This document shows positions 47,701 to 56,679 of a DNA stretch of 64,000 bases, in pieces (the stretch's first letter is position 1; each line of letters begins with the position of its first letter). The notes beneath the pieces are model-generated. The model ran no database searches, was not told the DNA's origin, and was given only the letters and a program-made list of their open reading frames with translations. A program made the position numbers and the translations under genes. Source of the stretch: an uncultured Methanomassiliicoccales archaeon (GTDB taxonomy: Archaea > Thermoplasmatota > Thermoplasmata > Methanomassiliicoccales > UBA472); contig OY968769.1 in assembly GCA_963695345.1 (NCBI GenBank), positions 704,001 to 768,000 of the forward strand. Reading direction: 5' to 3'.

Positions 47701-48356
47701 GACCAGAGGTCGCTGGTGCCGTCCTCGTATGCCTGGGCATGTTCGATGTCGTAAACGGAGCTCGCGCCGTTGTTTCCGGTGAGGGCGTTGCCGTAGAAGG
47801 TGTTTCCCGACGAGCCGTTGGAGACCAGTCCGAAAGAACTGCACTGGGTGACTGTGTTGTTGTATACAGTGGTCGAGGTGGAGTTGCGGATCAGAACGCC
47901 GTAGCGGCACTCGCCGATGGTGTTGTTGACAATCAGGACGTGACTGGTGTTGAACAGGAATATGCCGGCACCTTCACCGAAGCCAATGGACAGGAGGGAG
48001 GCGTTGGTAAGGTGGGAGTTGGTTATGATCAGGTAAGAAGAGGTGTTGCCGATGGAGATGGCGTTCGAAGCGCCGGTGGCGTTTATTTCGAGGTTCTGGA
48101 AAATGTAAGGGTTGGCGGATGAACCATCACCCGGCCAATCGTTCAATGCCATCAGGTCGGCCAGGTCGGTGTTGTTGTGGACGACGATGGGGCCGTGTTC
48201 GAGCATCGGGGATGAGAGGCCCTGGGCAGACACCTGTCCGGCCGGCCCGATGAACAATGCTCCGGCGAGCGAGACCATCATCACCACTGCAAGCAGTGCG
48301 GGGATGATGCTCCTCTTTTTGTCATTGAACGAACGCTTGGTAATCCTGTCGATCAT
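23783..48356 (-). CDS. Giant (~8,190 aa) cell-surface protein: signal peptide, NosD/CASH-like beta-helix, FN3-like domain, 85 Ig-like repeats, SbsA-type Ig, carboxypeptidase-regulatory-like domain, TM, cytoplasmic domain; interrupted by small indels
   Basis: Seven long overlapping ORFs carry the same repeat (DTxAPxxxIxxP..W.GSD..SG..GYQY.IDGG.WS..F.GL.DG.HTV.V.A.D.AGN) and join mid-repeat near 40312, 39785, 32545, 31802, 28730 and 28120, plus a compensating pair near 37500. Net +7 bases: 24,574-7=24,567, divisible by 3. Confidence 0.9.
28780..30780 (-). repeat. Recent 5-domain-offset (~1.34 kb) duplication within the giant gene
   Basis: Near-identical DNA at ~29160-29440 and ~30495-30775 encoding VDTIDPTVTITAPAPGFYSDSFDVRVDWEGSDSGSGILGYQY. 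Confidence 0.85.
29400..37430 (-). repeat. 10-domain (~2.66 kb) higher-order repeat, about 3 copies, within the giant gene
   Basis: DTVNPTLVIDNPANLYLTNSTSVTV recurs with the GTAGAGGTT anchor at 37111, 34447 and 31778; exactly 10 Ig domains lie between recurrences. Confidence 0.85.
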
Positions 48357-48403
48357 AGGCAACCCTTCTAAATGTTAAAAATGAGGTCGGAATATTAGAA
48401 GGG

Positions 48404-48419
48404 GGTAAGTCCGGTTACC
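48404..48419. promoter_or_regulatory. Candidate operator GGTAA-N6-TTACC upstream of the giant gene
   Basis: Inverted repeat about 48 bp upstream of the start codon, conserved in the decayed copy at 57032-57047. Confidence 0.5.
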
Positions 48420-48979
48420 ATTCCTGATAACGATTTTTTCGTCGTTGATAACACCATCCATACGTTCGAATCTATCGAACTAGGAGGTTGACGATATGCG
48501 GAAAATGGAAGGAGAAGACCTCCAAGAAATCGCCGATATTCGCAATTCATTGGTTGATTGGGTAGGGTGTGCATCGAGCAGTTCAAAACCATGAAAACTC
48601 TTCTTTAATGGTCGTAAATTTTCGGGAGAATCATTCTCAACTTGCCGTACCTGAGATTGGACTTCGTTCAACGACCGAAGGGTGAACCACCCAAATCGTT
48701 CAATATTCAATGGTGTGCCTTCTGAGCGGTCCCCTTCCAGTTATTGCTTTGCGAAAATATTGGCTAGTAACTATCGGTCCTGTGAAAGATATTTGCTGGA
48801 CCATTCCAATGTATGAGTGGGAGTAGCTAATCTCATGAAGGTGATTGCTGATGTCCTATCGAAGTAGCGGATGACAATTGTAGCCCTTCCCATCTCTAGA
48901 GTCATCATTTTGATTTCATCCAATGGTCACATCTCTCTTAGCCAATCGTTTCCGGATATCTGGCATCCATCGGAGATGG

Positions 48980-49291
48980 TCACCTCGTTCTTTTCACCCC
49001 GAAGTCCCTATTGTATTTGTCCAGCATGCTCGCCACTTTCATCGAGGCGGATTGGCCGCCGGCACCCAGTGGAGAACTGCTGATCGGGAATTCAAAATCG
49101 CAACGTGGACATCTAACGTTGGCGCACCCTTTGATCGCATGAGGACACCCTGCACAGGCAAATGTGCGAGCATAGAGGAGACTGAACTTGTTGTTGCATT
49201 TGGGGCAGGATAGTACCTCTGCCGTCGCCCTTCTAAGTCTCGGGTCAATGCCTAATTCGTTCTGCTGACCGATCATATCGTTCGCCTTCAT
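48980..49291 (-). CDS. Small Cys-rich (Zn or Fe-S binding) protein
   Basis: CPKC...CAGCP....C....CPRCDFEF (7 Cys); start at ATG 49291 or 49276. Confidence 0.75.
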   Translation of the reverse strand: MKANDMIGQQNELGIDPRLRRATAEVLSCPKCNNKFSLLYARTFACAGCPHAIKGCANVRCPRCDFEFPISSSPLGAGGQSASMKVASMLDKYNRDFGVKRTR

Positions 49292-49307
49292 TTCACTATA
49301 ACAACGA

Positions 49308-49360
49308 ATGTAAAGAAAGAATTGCCGGGGGACGGGGGGAGAGGCGTGCACCCCGGGGGG
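49308..49360 (-). terminator. GC-rich inverted repeat plus T-tract after the second methyltransferase
   Basis: CCGGGG (49325-49330) / CCCCGG (49351-49356), followed on the minus strand by TTTCTTTCTTT. Confidence 0.35.
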
Positions 49361-49382
49361 ATGTCGTTTTAACGGCGCAGGC

Positions 49383-50480
49383 CTAGCGCGGCTTTCTCTC
49401 CTGCCATTCCTTAGTCTCGGCATAATCGCGGGTCGCCTTGACCATGGCAAACAGGTTCGCCGCTGGCGTGGAGACAGGCAGTTCGCATCCCGGGCCGACA
49501 ATGTACCCGTGCTCGCATTTCGTAGCCGCAACGTCCAGATGGTCCCTGGTCGTCTTATACACCTCATCATAGGTGTTGATCATGAACTTAGCTGGCTCGA
49601 TGTTGCCCACGATCATTGTGGACTTCCCGAAGATGTCGATGACCTTCGGTAACGGCGTCCGGTAGTCGAAGTTGATGGCGAACGAACCTGGCACTTTGGC
49701 CCACAATTTCGCATTGTCGGTCTGGTTCCCGCAGGGGTGGCAGAGGAAACCGGCAGGAGCTCCTGCCTTCAAGGCACCCTCCCTAACCTTGATCAGCGAC
49801 GGCAACGCGAACTGCTCGAATTGCTTGTCGCTGATCAGATCGTTCGAGTCCGTCGGACCTCCATCAAAGAACATTATCGGGCCGACCGTGGACAGTATGT
49901 ACTTGACCTCATTGATGAGGAACTCTGACACGCTGTTTAGAACCTTATGCACCAGATCCGGTTTCTTCAGCATCCAGATGAGCATCGTCTCCACGCCGAT
50001 GATGTTCCCGGCGTTCGAGAAGGCGTCACCGGCCTGGACGGTGGGGTTCTTGTAGCCCTCGGGATAAGTTTCGAGAACATACCTGGCTCCACGACACCAA
50101 TCTTCGATCTCTCCCGCCGTGGCGGGGTCTGGGGTCTGCATCTTGTCGACTGCGTCCGGCGTTTCGATCGGGTGCCGCACGATGAGCGGGCTCTGAGCCC
50201 TCGAATCAGCTCCAGGGTAAGAGAGTTCTCCCCCGTATTCGGCAGCTCCGGCGCAAGCGTGGCCGAACAACGGCCCGGTGTCGAATCCGTAAAGCTCCTG
50301 GACCGGAAGGAACGCTTTGGCGAACTTAACCGGATCCTTGTAGCATTCACCGATGGTCAATCCCTTGTGCTGCTTGGATACGAAACCCATGGCGAATGCC
50401 CCGGCCCCCGGACGGTCTGCCCATCCGGTCTGGAAGAGCGACATCATCCTCTCGATGGGGGTCATAGTTTCCTTGAACAT
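49383..50480 (-). CDS. MtaA/MtbA/MtsA-like methyltransferase (URO-D fold), paralog 2
   Basis: MTPIER start, Zn motif HPCG...PGCE, IVGNIEP, ANLFAMV; ATG 50480 lies 2 bp after the corrinoid gene stop. Confidence 0.9.
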   Translation of the reverse strand: MFKETMTPIERMMSLFQTGWADRPGAGAFAMGFVSKQHKGLTIGECYKDPVKFAKAFLPVQELYGFDTGPLFGHACAGAAEYGGELSYPGADSRAQSPLIVRHPIETPDAVDKMQTPDPATAGEIEDWCRGARYVLETYPEGYKNPTVQAGDAFSNAGNIIGVETMLIWMLKKPDLVHKVLNSVSEFLINEVKYILSTVGPIMFFDGGPTDSNDLISDKQFEQFALPSLIKVREGALKAGAPAGFLCHPCGNQTDNAKLWAKVPGSFAINFDYRTPLPKVIDIFGKSTMIVGNIEPAKFMINTYDEVYKTTRDHLDVAATKCEHGYIVGPGCELPVSTPAANLFAMVKATRDYAETKEWQERKPR

Positions 50481-50481
50481 T

Positions 50482-51138
50482 TCAAGCACCTCCGAACAGC
50501 TTGTTGATCTCGGTGACAGCGACCTCGCCATTGTCAGCGGTGGTATCAGCACCGATCTGTTTGGCGAATTCCTTGTTAATCGGTGCACCTCCGATCGCCA
50601 CCTTGAACTGGTCACGGACTCCGCGGGACTTCATCAGGTTGATCGCGTCCGTCATGCCGGCCATCGTTGCCGTCATTAGAGTGCTCATTCCGATCAGGTC
50701 CGCCTTCTCCGCCTGTGCGGTGTCTACGATCTTCGAGATCAACACGTCCGCACCCAGGTCATGAACATCGTATCCGCCGACACCCAATAGGGTGGCCACT
50801 ATGCCCTTTCCTATCGAATGGACGTCGCCTTCGACGGTGCATATGACCACCTTGCGGGCCTTTGCGCCCGATGTCTCTTTCTTGAGGTGCGGTTTCAATA
50901 TGGCCAAGGCAGCGTTCATGGCGGCCGAGGCGGCCATCACCTGTGGTAGATAGTACACCTTCTGCTCGTACAGGACGCCTACCTCCTTCATCCCTTCGCT
51001 CAACCCGTGCAGAATCGCCGTCTTAGGGTCGTAACCGTCATCCAAGACCTTTTGGGCGGTCTTTGCGGCCACAACTTCATCGAAGTCGATGACGCTCTGC
51101 TTAAGCTCTTTCAATAGCTCAGATTCTTGTGTCTTCAT
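50482..51138 (-). CDS. Corrinoid (B12-binding) methyl-carrier protein, MtaC/MtbC/MtsB-like
   Basis: Cap domain GLSEGMKEVGVLYE..YYLPQV; DxHxxG motif EGDVHSIGK; DLG, MSTLMT, IGGAP. Confidence 0.93.
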   Translation of the reverse strand: MKTQESELLKELKQSVIDFDEVVAAKTAQKVLDDGYDPKTAILHGLSEGMKEVGVLYEQKVYYLPQVMAASAAMNAALAILKPHLKKETSGAKARKVVICTVEGDVHSIGKGIVATLLGVGGYDVHDLGADVLISKIVDTAQAEKADLIGMSTLMTATMAGMTDAINLMKSRGVRDQFKVAIGGAPINKEFAKQIGADTTADNGEVAVTEINKLFGGA

Positions 51139-51154
51139 TTTTTCACCTATCCAT

Positions 51155-51766
51155 TCAGCTCTTTTTTAACAAGATTGGACACACTTGTTTCCTTGCGCAT
51201 CCGTTGATCACCGAAGCAACGCTAAGGTAGAATGCCAGAACTCCCACGATCACCGCGAGCACGCCAATGGCGGACAGTAGAGTCGCATCGGTGGTCAGCG
51301 CATGAATGCCGACCATCATGAACATCACCGACGCCAGCCCGATTATGATGGTCAGCAGGCGGACCGGGAAGAACGTGGTAATTATGGCCAGCATGGCCAC
51401 GAACAATGCGAAAGATATCATGAAGGTTGCGAACTCCGCTGATGTCGGCGGACTGACCAAGCCTGTGGCGGGCAGGATGTTGAGCGCCACGAACGACCAG
51501 GCGAAAACCATTATCATTCCGAACGCAAAAAGCCCGAACTCGTTCCCCTTCTTCCAGGAGGTCAGGGCCACGATCAGAAACCCGAACCCGCAGAAGAACA
51601 CCACAGACAGGACCATGCCGCTGACCGGGTAGTAGTTCAATGAGGCGAAGGCGAACACTATGGTCAGCCACCCCAACAATGCCGATCCCAACGACAGCGA
51701 ATCCGCTGACGTATCAGTTATTTCGAATTTCCGTTCATCCGCTACGCTAATGCTTGCATTTTCCAT
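51155..51766 (-). CDS. GPR1/FUN34/YaaH (SatP/AceTr) family small-carboxylate channel-like protein
   Basis: 6 TM, ADSLSLG (variant of the NPAPLGL signature), WKKGNEFG, AFYLSVASVIN....V.P. Confidence 0.72.
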   Translation of the reverse strand: MENASISVADERKFEITDTSADSLSLGSALLGWLTIVFAFASLNYYPVSGMVLSVVFFCGFGFLIVALTSWKKGNEFGLFAFGMIMVFAWSFVALNILPATGLVSPPTSAEFATFMISFALFVAMLAIITTFFPVRLLTIIIGLASVMFMMVGIHALTTDATLLSAIGVLAVIVGVLAFYLSVASVINGCARKQVCPILLKKS

Positions 51767-51801
51767 TTTCCTTTCCTCCTAGTTCTACGACTTACCACTA
51801 A

Positions 51802-52899
51802 TTATTTTCTGCAGTGGTCTTTCCATTCTGGCGATTCGGCATAGTCCCTTGTCGCCTGGACCATCGCGAAGAGATTGGCTGGCGGGACCGAGGATGGCAT
51901 TTCGCATCCCGGTCCGACCGCGTATCCTCGATTGCATTTGGTTGCAGCCAAATGTAGGAATTCCTTTGTTGTGGAATAGATTGAGTCGAAATTCTGAGAG
52001 ACAAACGAGCACGGTTCGATGCTGCCCATGACGGTCGAATCATTGTGGAACTCCTCCACCACCCTATTGATAGGCGTCCGATAGTCGAAATTGATATACC
52101 TGATGTCCTTCAGCTCTTTCCATAATTTGATGTTCCGGGTCTGATCGCCACACGGGTGGGAATTGATCCCGATCGCTCCGTGCTTCATCGCGCCAGTGTG
52201 GTATTCCCTGAGATATGGCAGTACAAAATACTCGAACTGTTTCGCACTTATGAAATCATTCGACTCGGCAAGGCCTCCTTCGAACAGGACCATTGGTTCA
52301 AGCGTCTCCACCAAATACTTCGCGTAGTCGATTTGGAATTCGACCACCTTGTTCAGCAATTTGTATACGAGATCGGGGCTCTTGATCATCCAGGTGAGAA
52401 CGGTCTCCATTCCCACGATGTTGACCACCCAGGTGAACGGCGTCCCCACAACGACGGACGGGCTCCGGTACCCATCTGGATATTCCTTGAATACATGGCG
52501 GCAGGCCTCGACGATCTTCGGGACCTCACCGACGGTGCTCGGGTCCGGGACGGCCACTCGGTCCACATCCTCGGGAAGATTGATGGCGTGGTTGACGATG
52601 AAAGGAGAACAGGCCTTGGACCTTTTACCGGGATAGGCCAAGGTTCCCCCGAACTCGGCGTTACCAGCGCATGCATGTCCAAATAGCGGACCTGAGTCGA
52701 ATCCGAAGAGCTGCCAGATGGGCAGGTATGCCTTGGCGAAGGAGAGCGGGTTGGCATAACCCTCCCCCACGGTCAGTCCATGGGTCATTCTAGGGACCAT
52801 CCCCATCGCGAACGCAGATATGCCGGGCCTGTCCGCACACCCCGTTTCATAGAGCGAGTTCATCCTCTCCATGGGGGTCATGGTCTCTAGGAAGGACAT
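51802..52899 (-). CDS. MtaA/MtbA/MtsA-like methyltransferase (URO-D fold), paralog 1
   Basis: MTPMER, HPCG...PGCE Zn motif; colinear with the paralog at 49383-50480 (shared LFGHACAG, NFDYRTP, ATRDYAE). Confidence 0.9.
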   Translation of the reverse strand: MSFLETMTPMERMNSLYETGCADRPGISAFAMGMVPRMTHGLTVGEGYANPLSFAKAYLPIWQLFGFDSGPLFGHACAGNAEFGGTLAYPGKRSKACSPFIVNHAINLPEDVDRVAVPDPSTVGEVPKIVEACRHVFKEYPDGYRSPSVVVGTPFTWVVNIVGMETVLTWMIKSPDLVYKLLNKVVEFQIDYAKYLVETLEPMVLFEGGLAESNDFISAKQFEYFVLPYLREYHTGAMKHGAIGINSHPCGDQTRNIKLWKELKDIRYINFDYRTPINRVVEEFHNDSTVMGSIEPCSFVSQNFDSIYSTTKEFLHLAATKCNRGYAVGPGCEMPSSVPPANLFAMVQATRDYAESPEWKDHCRK

Positions 52900-52927
52900 C
52901 GCGTCACCTCTTCTCTCTTCATAGTCA

Positions 52928-52945
52928 CAAATACCTCCGTATTTG
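52928..52945. promoter_or_regulatory. Inverted repeat CAAATAC-N4-GTATTTG, candidate operator
   Basis: Perfect 7-bp arms 29 bp upstream of the methyltransferase start. Confidence 0.55.
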
Positions 52946-53049
52946 CGATATAATGATTATGACCCAGAATGGGGCTTAAGGGCTCTTTCGTCGAAACTTG
53001 AGAGCACGGCCTCATAGCGTTGTCATTGATCATTCGGACGGAGGTCTGA

Positions 53050-53080
53050 TATTTCATTTGAAATACAAACGTAATACAAA
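53050..53080. promoter_or_regulatory. Inverted repeat TATTTCA-TT-TGAAATA plus AATACAAA direct repeats upstream of the RHH gene
   Basis: Palindrome at 53050-53065; AATACAAA at 53062 and 53073 (11-bp spacing). Confidence 0.5.
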
Positions 53081-53115
53081 TGATATATATCTTTCTCCTA
53101 CCTTTGGGGGAGCAG

Positions 53116-53403
53116 ATGACAATAAACGAGAAGAAACGAAGGGGTGAAACCCAGATCGTTAATCTCCGGATGCCCTATGGACTCGTGGCCGAGATTGAGA
53201 ACATCGTGGATCGGAGAATGTTCAAATCACGATCGGATTTCATCATAGCCGCGGTTCGTCACTACATCGATTATATGTCCTACGATGAGATCACTGGCAA
53301 CAAGGGTCGTGAAGAGATATTGAAGAGGATGTATCTCCAAGGCCAGCTGAAGGGATCGAGCATACCTATTCCTGAGGATAACGGGCAAGATGAAAAAGAG
53401 TAG
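53116..53403 (+). CDS. Ribbon-helix-helix (CopG/Arc/MetJ-like) regulator
   Basis: QIVNLRMP..LVAEIENIVDRRMFKSRSDFIIAAVRHY; GGGGGAG precedes ATG 53116; divergent from the methyltransferase operon. Confidence 0.88.
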   Translation: MTINEKKRRGETQIVNLRMPYGLVAEIENIVDRRMFKSRSDFIIAAVRHYIDYMSYDEITGNKGREEILKRMYLQGQLKGSSIPIPEDNGQDEKE

Positions 53404-53631
53404 GGTTAAGACCTGTATGCGCCCACATGGATGTTCGTTCTGAACTCCTGGCTCGCCGATTTGTCATACGGCATTAAAACAGAAAAAAGTCCCAATATAT
53501 ATAGAAATCGGGCACTGACTTTGACAGGACAGCATCTGCCTAAATCATTATTATTCTCTAATCATTCATTGCCCGATTTAAACCCGGTCAGATCGTTGAG
53601 CTTGGTTTTGCCTATCAAATAAGAGGATAAA

Positions 53632-53882
53632 GGCCAAGTCCGATCGTAGGGTTCCTGTTCGCCCTGTACTTCGCCGATAGCGCTAAGAAGATCGCAGGGT
53701 TGACCTTGGGCTCCCTGCCGGTCCTTTCATTCAATTGGACGGCCATATTGAACACGATCGTCCTGATACTCGCCGTAGTGTTCTTCTTGGTACAGACCAA
53801 GCGCTGGATAGTCAGGAGAAGGCACCTGATAAGATTGAGGAAGATGGAAATGACGGTCCTGGAGGAACTTCGTATCCGATGA
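53632..53882 (+). pseudogene. Start-less remnant of a membrane-protein C-terminus
   Basis: Open frame SPIVGFLFALYF...TIVLILAVVFFLVQTKRWIVRRR with an in-frame stop immediately upstream. Confidence 0.3.
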
Positions 53883-53910
53883 TCGCCCGGTAAAGTACCT
53901 CTCGTGTCTC

Positions 53911-56569
53911 TCAAAGATCGACAAGCGCCTTCTGTATCGCCTCTTCCAGCTGTTTCATTGTGTACGGTTTCGGCAGAACGCCCTTGAAACCGTAGCTGAT
54001 GTAGTTCGCCGTTATCGGGTCGTTGGAATAGCCGCTGGAGACGATGGCGTTGATGTTGTCGTACTTTTCCTGGAGCCGCCTTATCGTCTCCCTGCCGCCG
54101 AGCCCGCCCGGTATGTTGAGGTCCATGATGACCACGTCGAACGGGTCGCCGGACGCCTCCGCCTTGGCGTAGAGGTCGATCGCCTCCCCTCCTTCCCTGG
54201 CCGCCACCACATAATGTCCCAACGCCTCCACCATCTTGGACAGGACGTCCAGGATGCCCTCGTCGTCGTCCATTATCAGCACTTTGGCCGGCCGGTCCGG
54301 ACCGTGCTTCGGCCTGGCCGCCGGGGCGTTGACGCATTCCGACCAGGCCAGCAGATAGACGTCGTAGTTCGAGCCCTTGGACGATGTGCCGATGACCATG
54401 AACCCGTCGTGCCTACGGATGATGGAGTTGGCGATGGCCAGGTCGAGACCCTGCTTCTCGTCGAACTCGGAACCGTGGGACCGGGGCTTGTCCCTCTCCG
54501 ACCTCGGCGATATCCAGGTTGGCGCCTCCAGCTTGACGACCACATATCTGGCGGGGGCGAGCGATGTCGCTTTCGCAATGGCAACTTCCTGATATGATAA
54601 TGTGATTTCGAGGACGATCCCGGAGGGTGCGCTGGCCAGCGCATTGGAAACCAGGTTCGAGAACGCCTGGCCGATCTGGACCTCGTCAGCGTTAACATAG
54701 TACTGCTCATTCTCGGACGAGACCCGGACCTCCACCCGGGACCCGTCTGAATATCTTACGCCAATATCCTCCAGCAGGTCCAGCACGGAAACGCAGCTCC
54801 TTACCGGTTCCCCGCCCCGGGCGAATGTCAGCAGCTGGTTCGACAGGTCCTTGGCCTTCATGGCCGCCTGCCTAACATCGTTGAGGCTGGCCTTCCTGCG
54901 TTCCTCGTCCAGCGGCATGTAGCTGAGCATCTCGACGTTGCCCAGAATCGTTGTCAGGACGTTGTTGAAGCTGTGAGCCATGCCCCCGGCGAGCTGCCCT
55001 ATCGAATCCAGGCGCTGCGCCTCGGAGACGGCCTTCTGCAATCGGACATCGTCAGTTATGTCCCGGAAGACGATCACATAACCGATCACCTGGCCGGCCC
55101 GGTCCCTGACTGAAGCGGAGTTGTAGGAGAGGTCGCGGCGGCCGCTAAGGTCGACCAGGATGCCTTTCCGTTCGGATGTGGAATCGTCATCACGGGAAAC
55201 CCAGTAGGATAAGACGGGCTTCTCCATGATCGGGTCAAGGATGGGAAGGACGTCGTTTATCTTCTGACCGGTTATCGTTCCCGTAAAGGAGCATTTATCC
55301 TCGGCGATCTGATTCGCCAGCCGGATGGTCCCATCTATCTCGGTGACGATGACGCCTTCCCCGATGCTGCAGATGGTGACGTCCAACCGTTCCTTTTCCT
55401 GGAACAGCCTCTCTTGCGCATCTTTGGTCCGTTTCACTTCTTCGGCAAGACGTTCCGTTACCTCGGTGAGGTCCTTGGTCCTCCCCCTGACCTTTCCCTC
55501 AAGGTCGTTGGCGTATGATCTTAGTGCCTCGATCATTCGGACCTTCTGGATAGAAAGAAGGGAAAGGTTGGCGAGCGAGTGGAACGGCCCCTTCCGGTCC
55601 TTTGTGAACCACTCTGGGTCGGGATGTCCGAAGATCATAGCCCCGATGATCTTTTCGTCCTCTATCAGGGGGACGACCACCCATGCCATGTCGCCATGCA
55701 CCAATGTCTGAGGTCCTGGTTCCATTTTGTCGATGAGCGTTTCGATCTCGATATCCGGCGGTGTCCCTTTTTGAGCGATCCTCACCATCTTGCCTGATGG
55801 GTCAAGATCGTAAACCAGAGCGGAAGATGCCCTGCAACCGGTCCACGGCGACCCCACATATGCTCTCCAGCGAATCTGCGGCCAGTTCGGAACCGATGAT
55901 CTTCCGGGAAACGTCGTAGAGGGCTTCCAGCTCCTCCGCCCTTCTGGCCAGCTGGATCGTGCTCTCCTTCTGTTCCGTCACGTCCGAGATCATCTCCAGG
56001 ACGTATCTTTCCGAGCCGGTCTCATCCGCTATCGGAGTGGAGACCCGTTGGACCCAGATCGGTTTGCCGTTCTTGCGGGAGAATCGGGCGACACCCTCGT
56101 GGAAAGCGGGGGTCGACCTCGGCTCGGGGATGATGTCCGTCGAGTGCACCACGAAATCCTTCAGGTTGGAACCGATGAGCTCGACCGAGCTGGTGCCGAG
56201 GATCTCGTTCGCCTTGAGGTTGGCGCGGATAATGAACCCGTTCTCATCGCTCTCGATGATGCCGTAGGGAGCACGCTCGATCATGACACGGATACGCCGC
56301 TCGCTCTTGCGGAACGAGGTTTGGGAGGACCTCAGGTTGTCAAAACCCTTCTTGACCAGGTAATAGAGAAGAAGTGATGTCAGAATGATGAAGGCCAGGC
56401 CCTTGACGACCGAGATGTTGTACCTCGTGGATGGGTCCTGGACCATGATCCAGACTAGGTTGTCCGATAGGAATATCCAGATGGCTGAAACGATGAAATA
56501 GACCAGCACTATCTCCAACGGCCGTTCGAACAATCTGCGTCTCGCCGGATCTGCGTTCTTCTTCTCCAT
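53911..56569 (-). CDS. Membrane hybrid kinase-like protein (2TM-PAS-GAF-PAS-HisKA-degenerate HATPase-REC); one extra G near 55830
   Basis: IGQLAGGMAHSFNNVL H-box, QLLTFARGG, intact receiver (MDDD, MDLNIPGG, SSGYS, PKP); removing one G joins the two ORFs. Confidence 0.85.
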
Positions 56570-56679
56570 TTCCCTTCTCCTGGTCTTTACCGATTGTTAC
56601 ACTATGGGAGGTCATGGCATAAAAAGACGATAGCAGAGTAATTGGAAGGGATAGTTGTAAGTGATTGATAAGGAATATT

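Noticed and set aside
24250-48130. Numerous plus-strand and off-frame ORFs over the giant gene
   Set aside because: Antisense shadows of a GC3-rich, Thr/Val/Asp-rich repeat gene
23783-48356. Programmed frameshifting or phase variation in the giant gene
   Set aside because: Breaks fall mid-domain without slippery heptamers or long homopolymers, and the same insertion pattern hits unrelated housekeeping genes; sequencing error is simpler
49327-49360. G-quadruplex
   Set aside because: Only three long G-runs plus a GG; an inverted repeat/terminator explains the tract equally well
49383-49385. Pyrrolysine read-through at the methyltransferase TAG
   Set aside because: The paralog ends at the equivalent position with TAA, the downstream sequence is low-complexity, and URO-D methyltransferases are not Pyl enzymes
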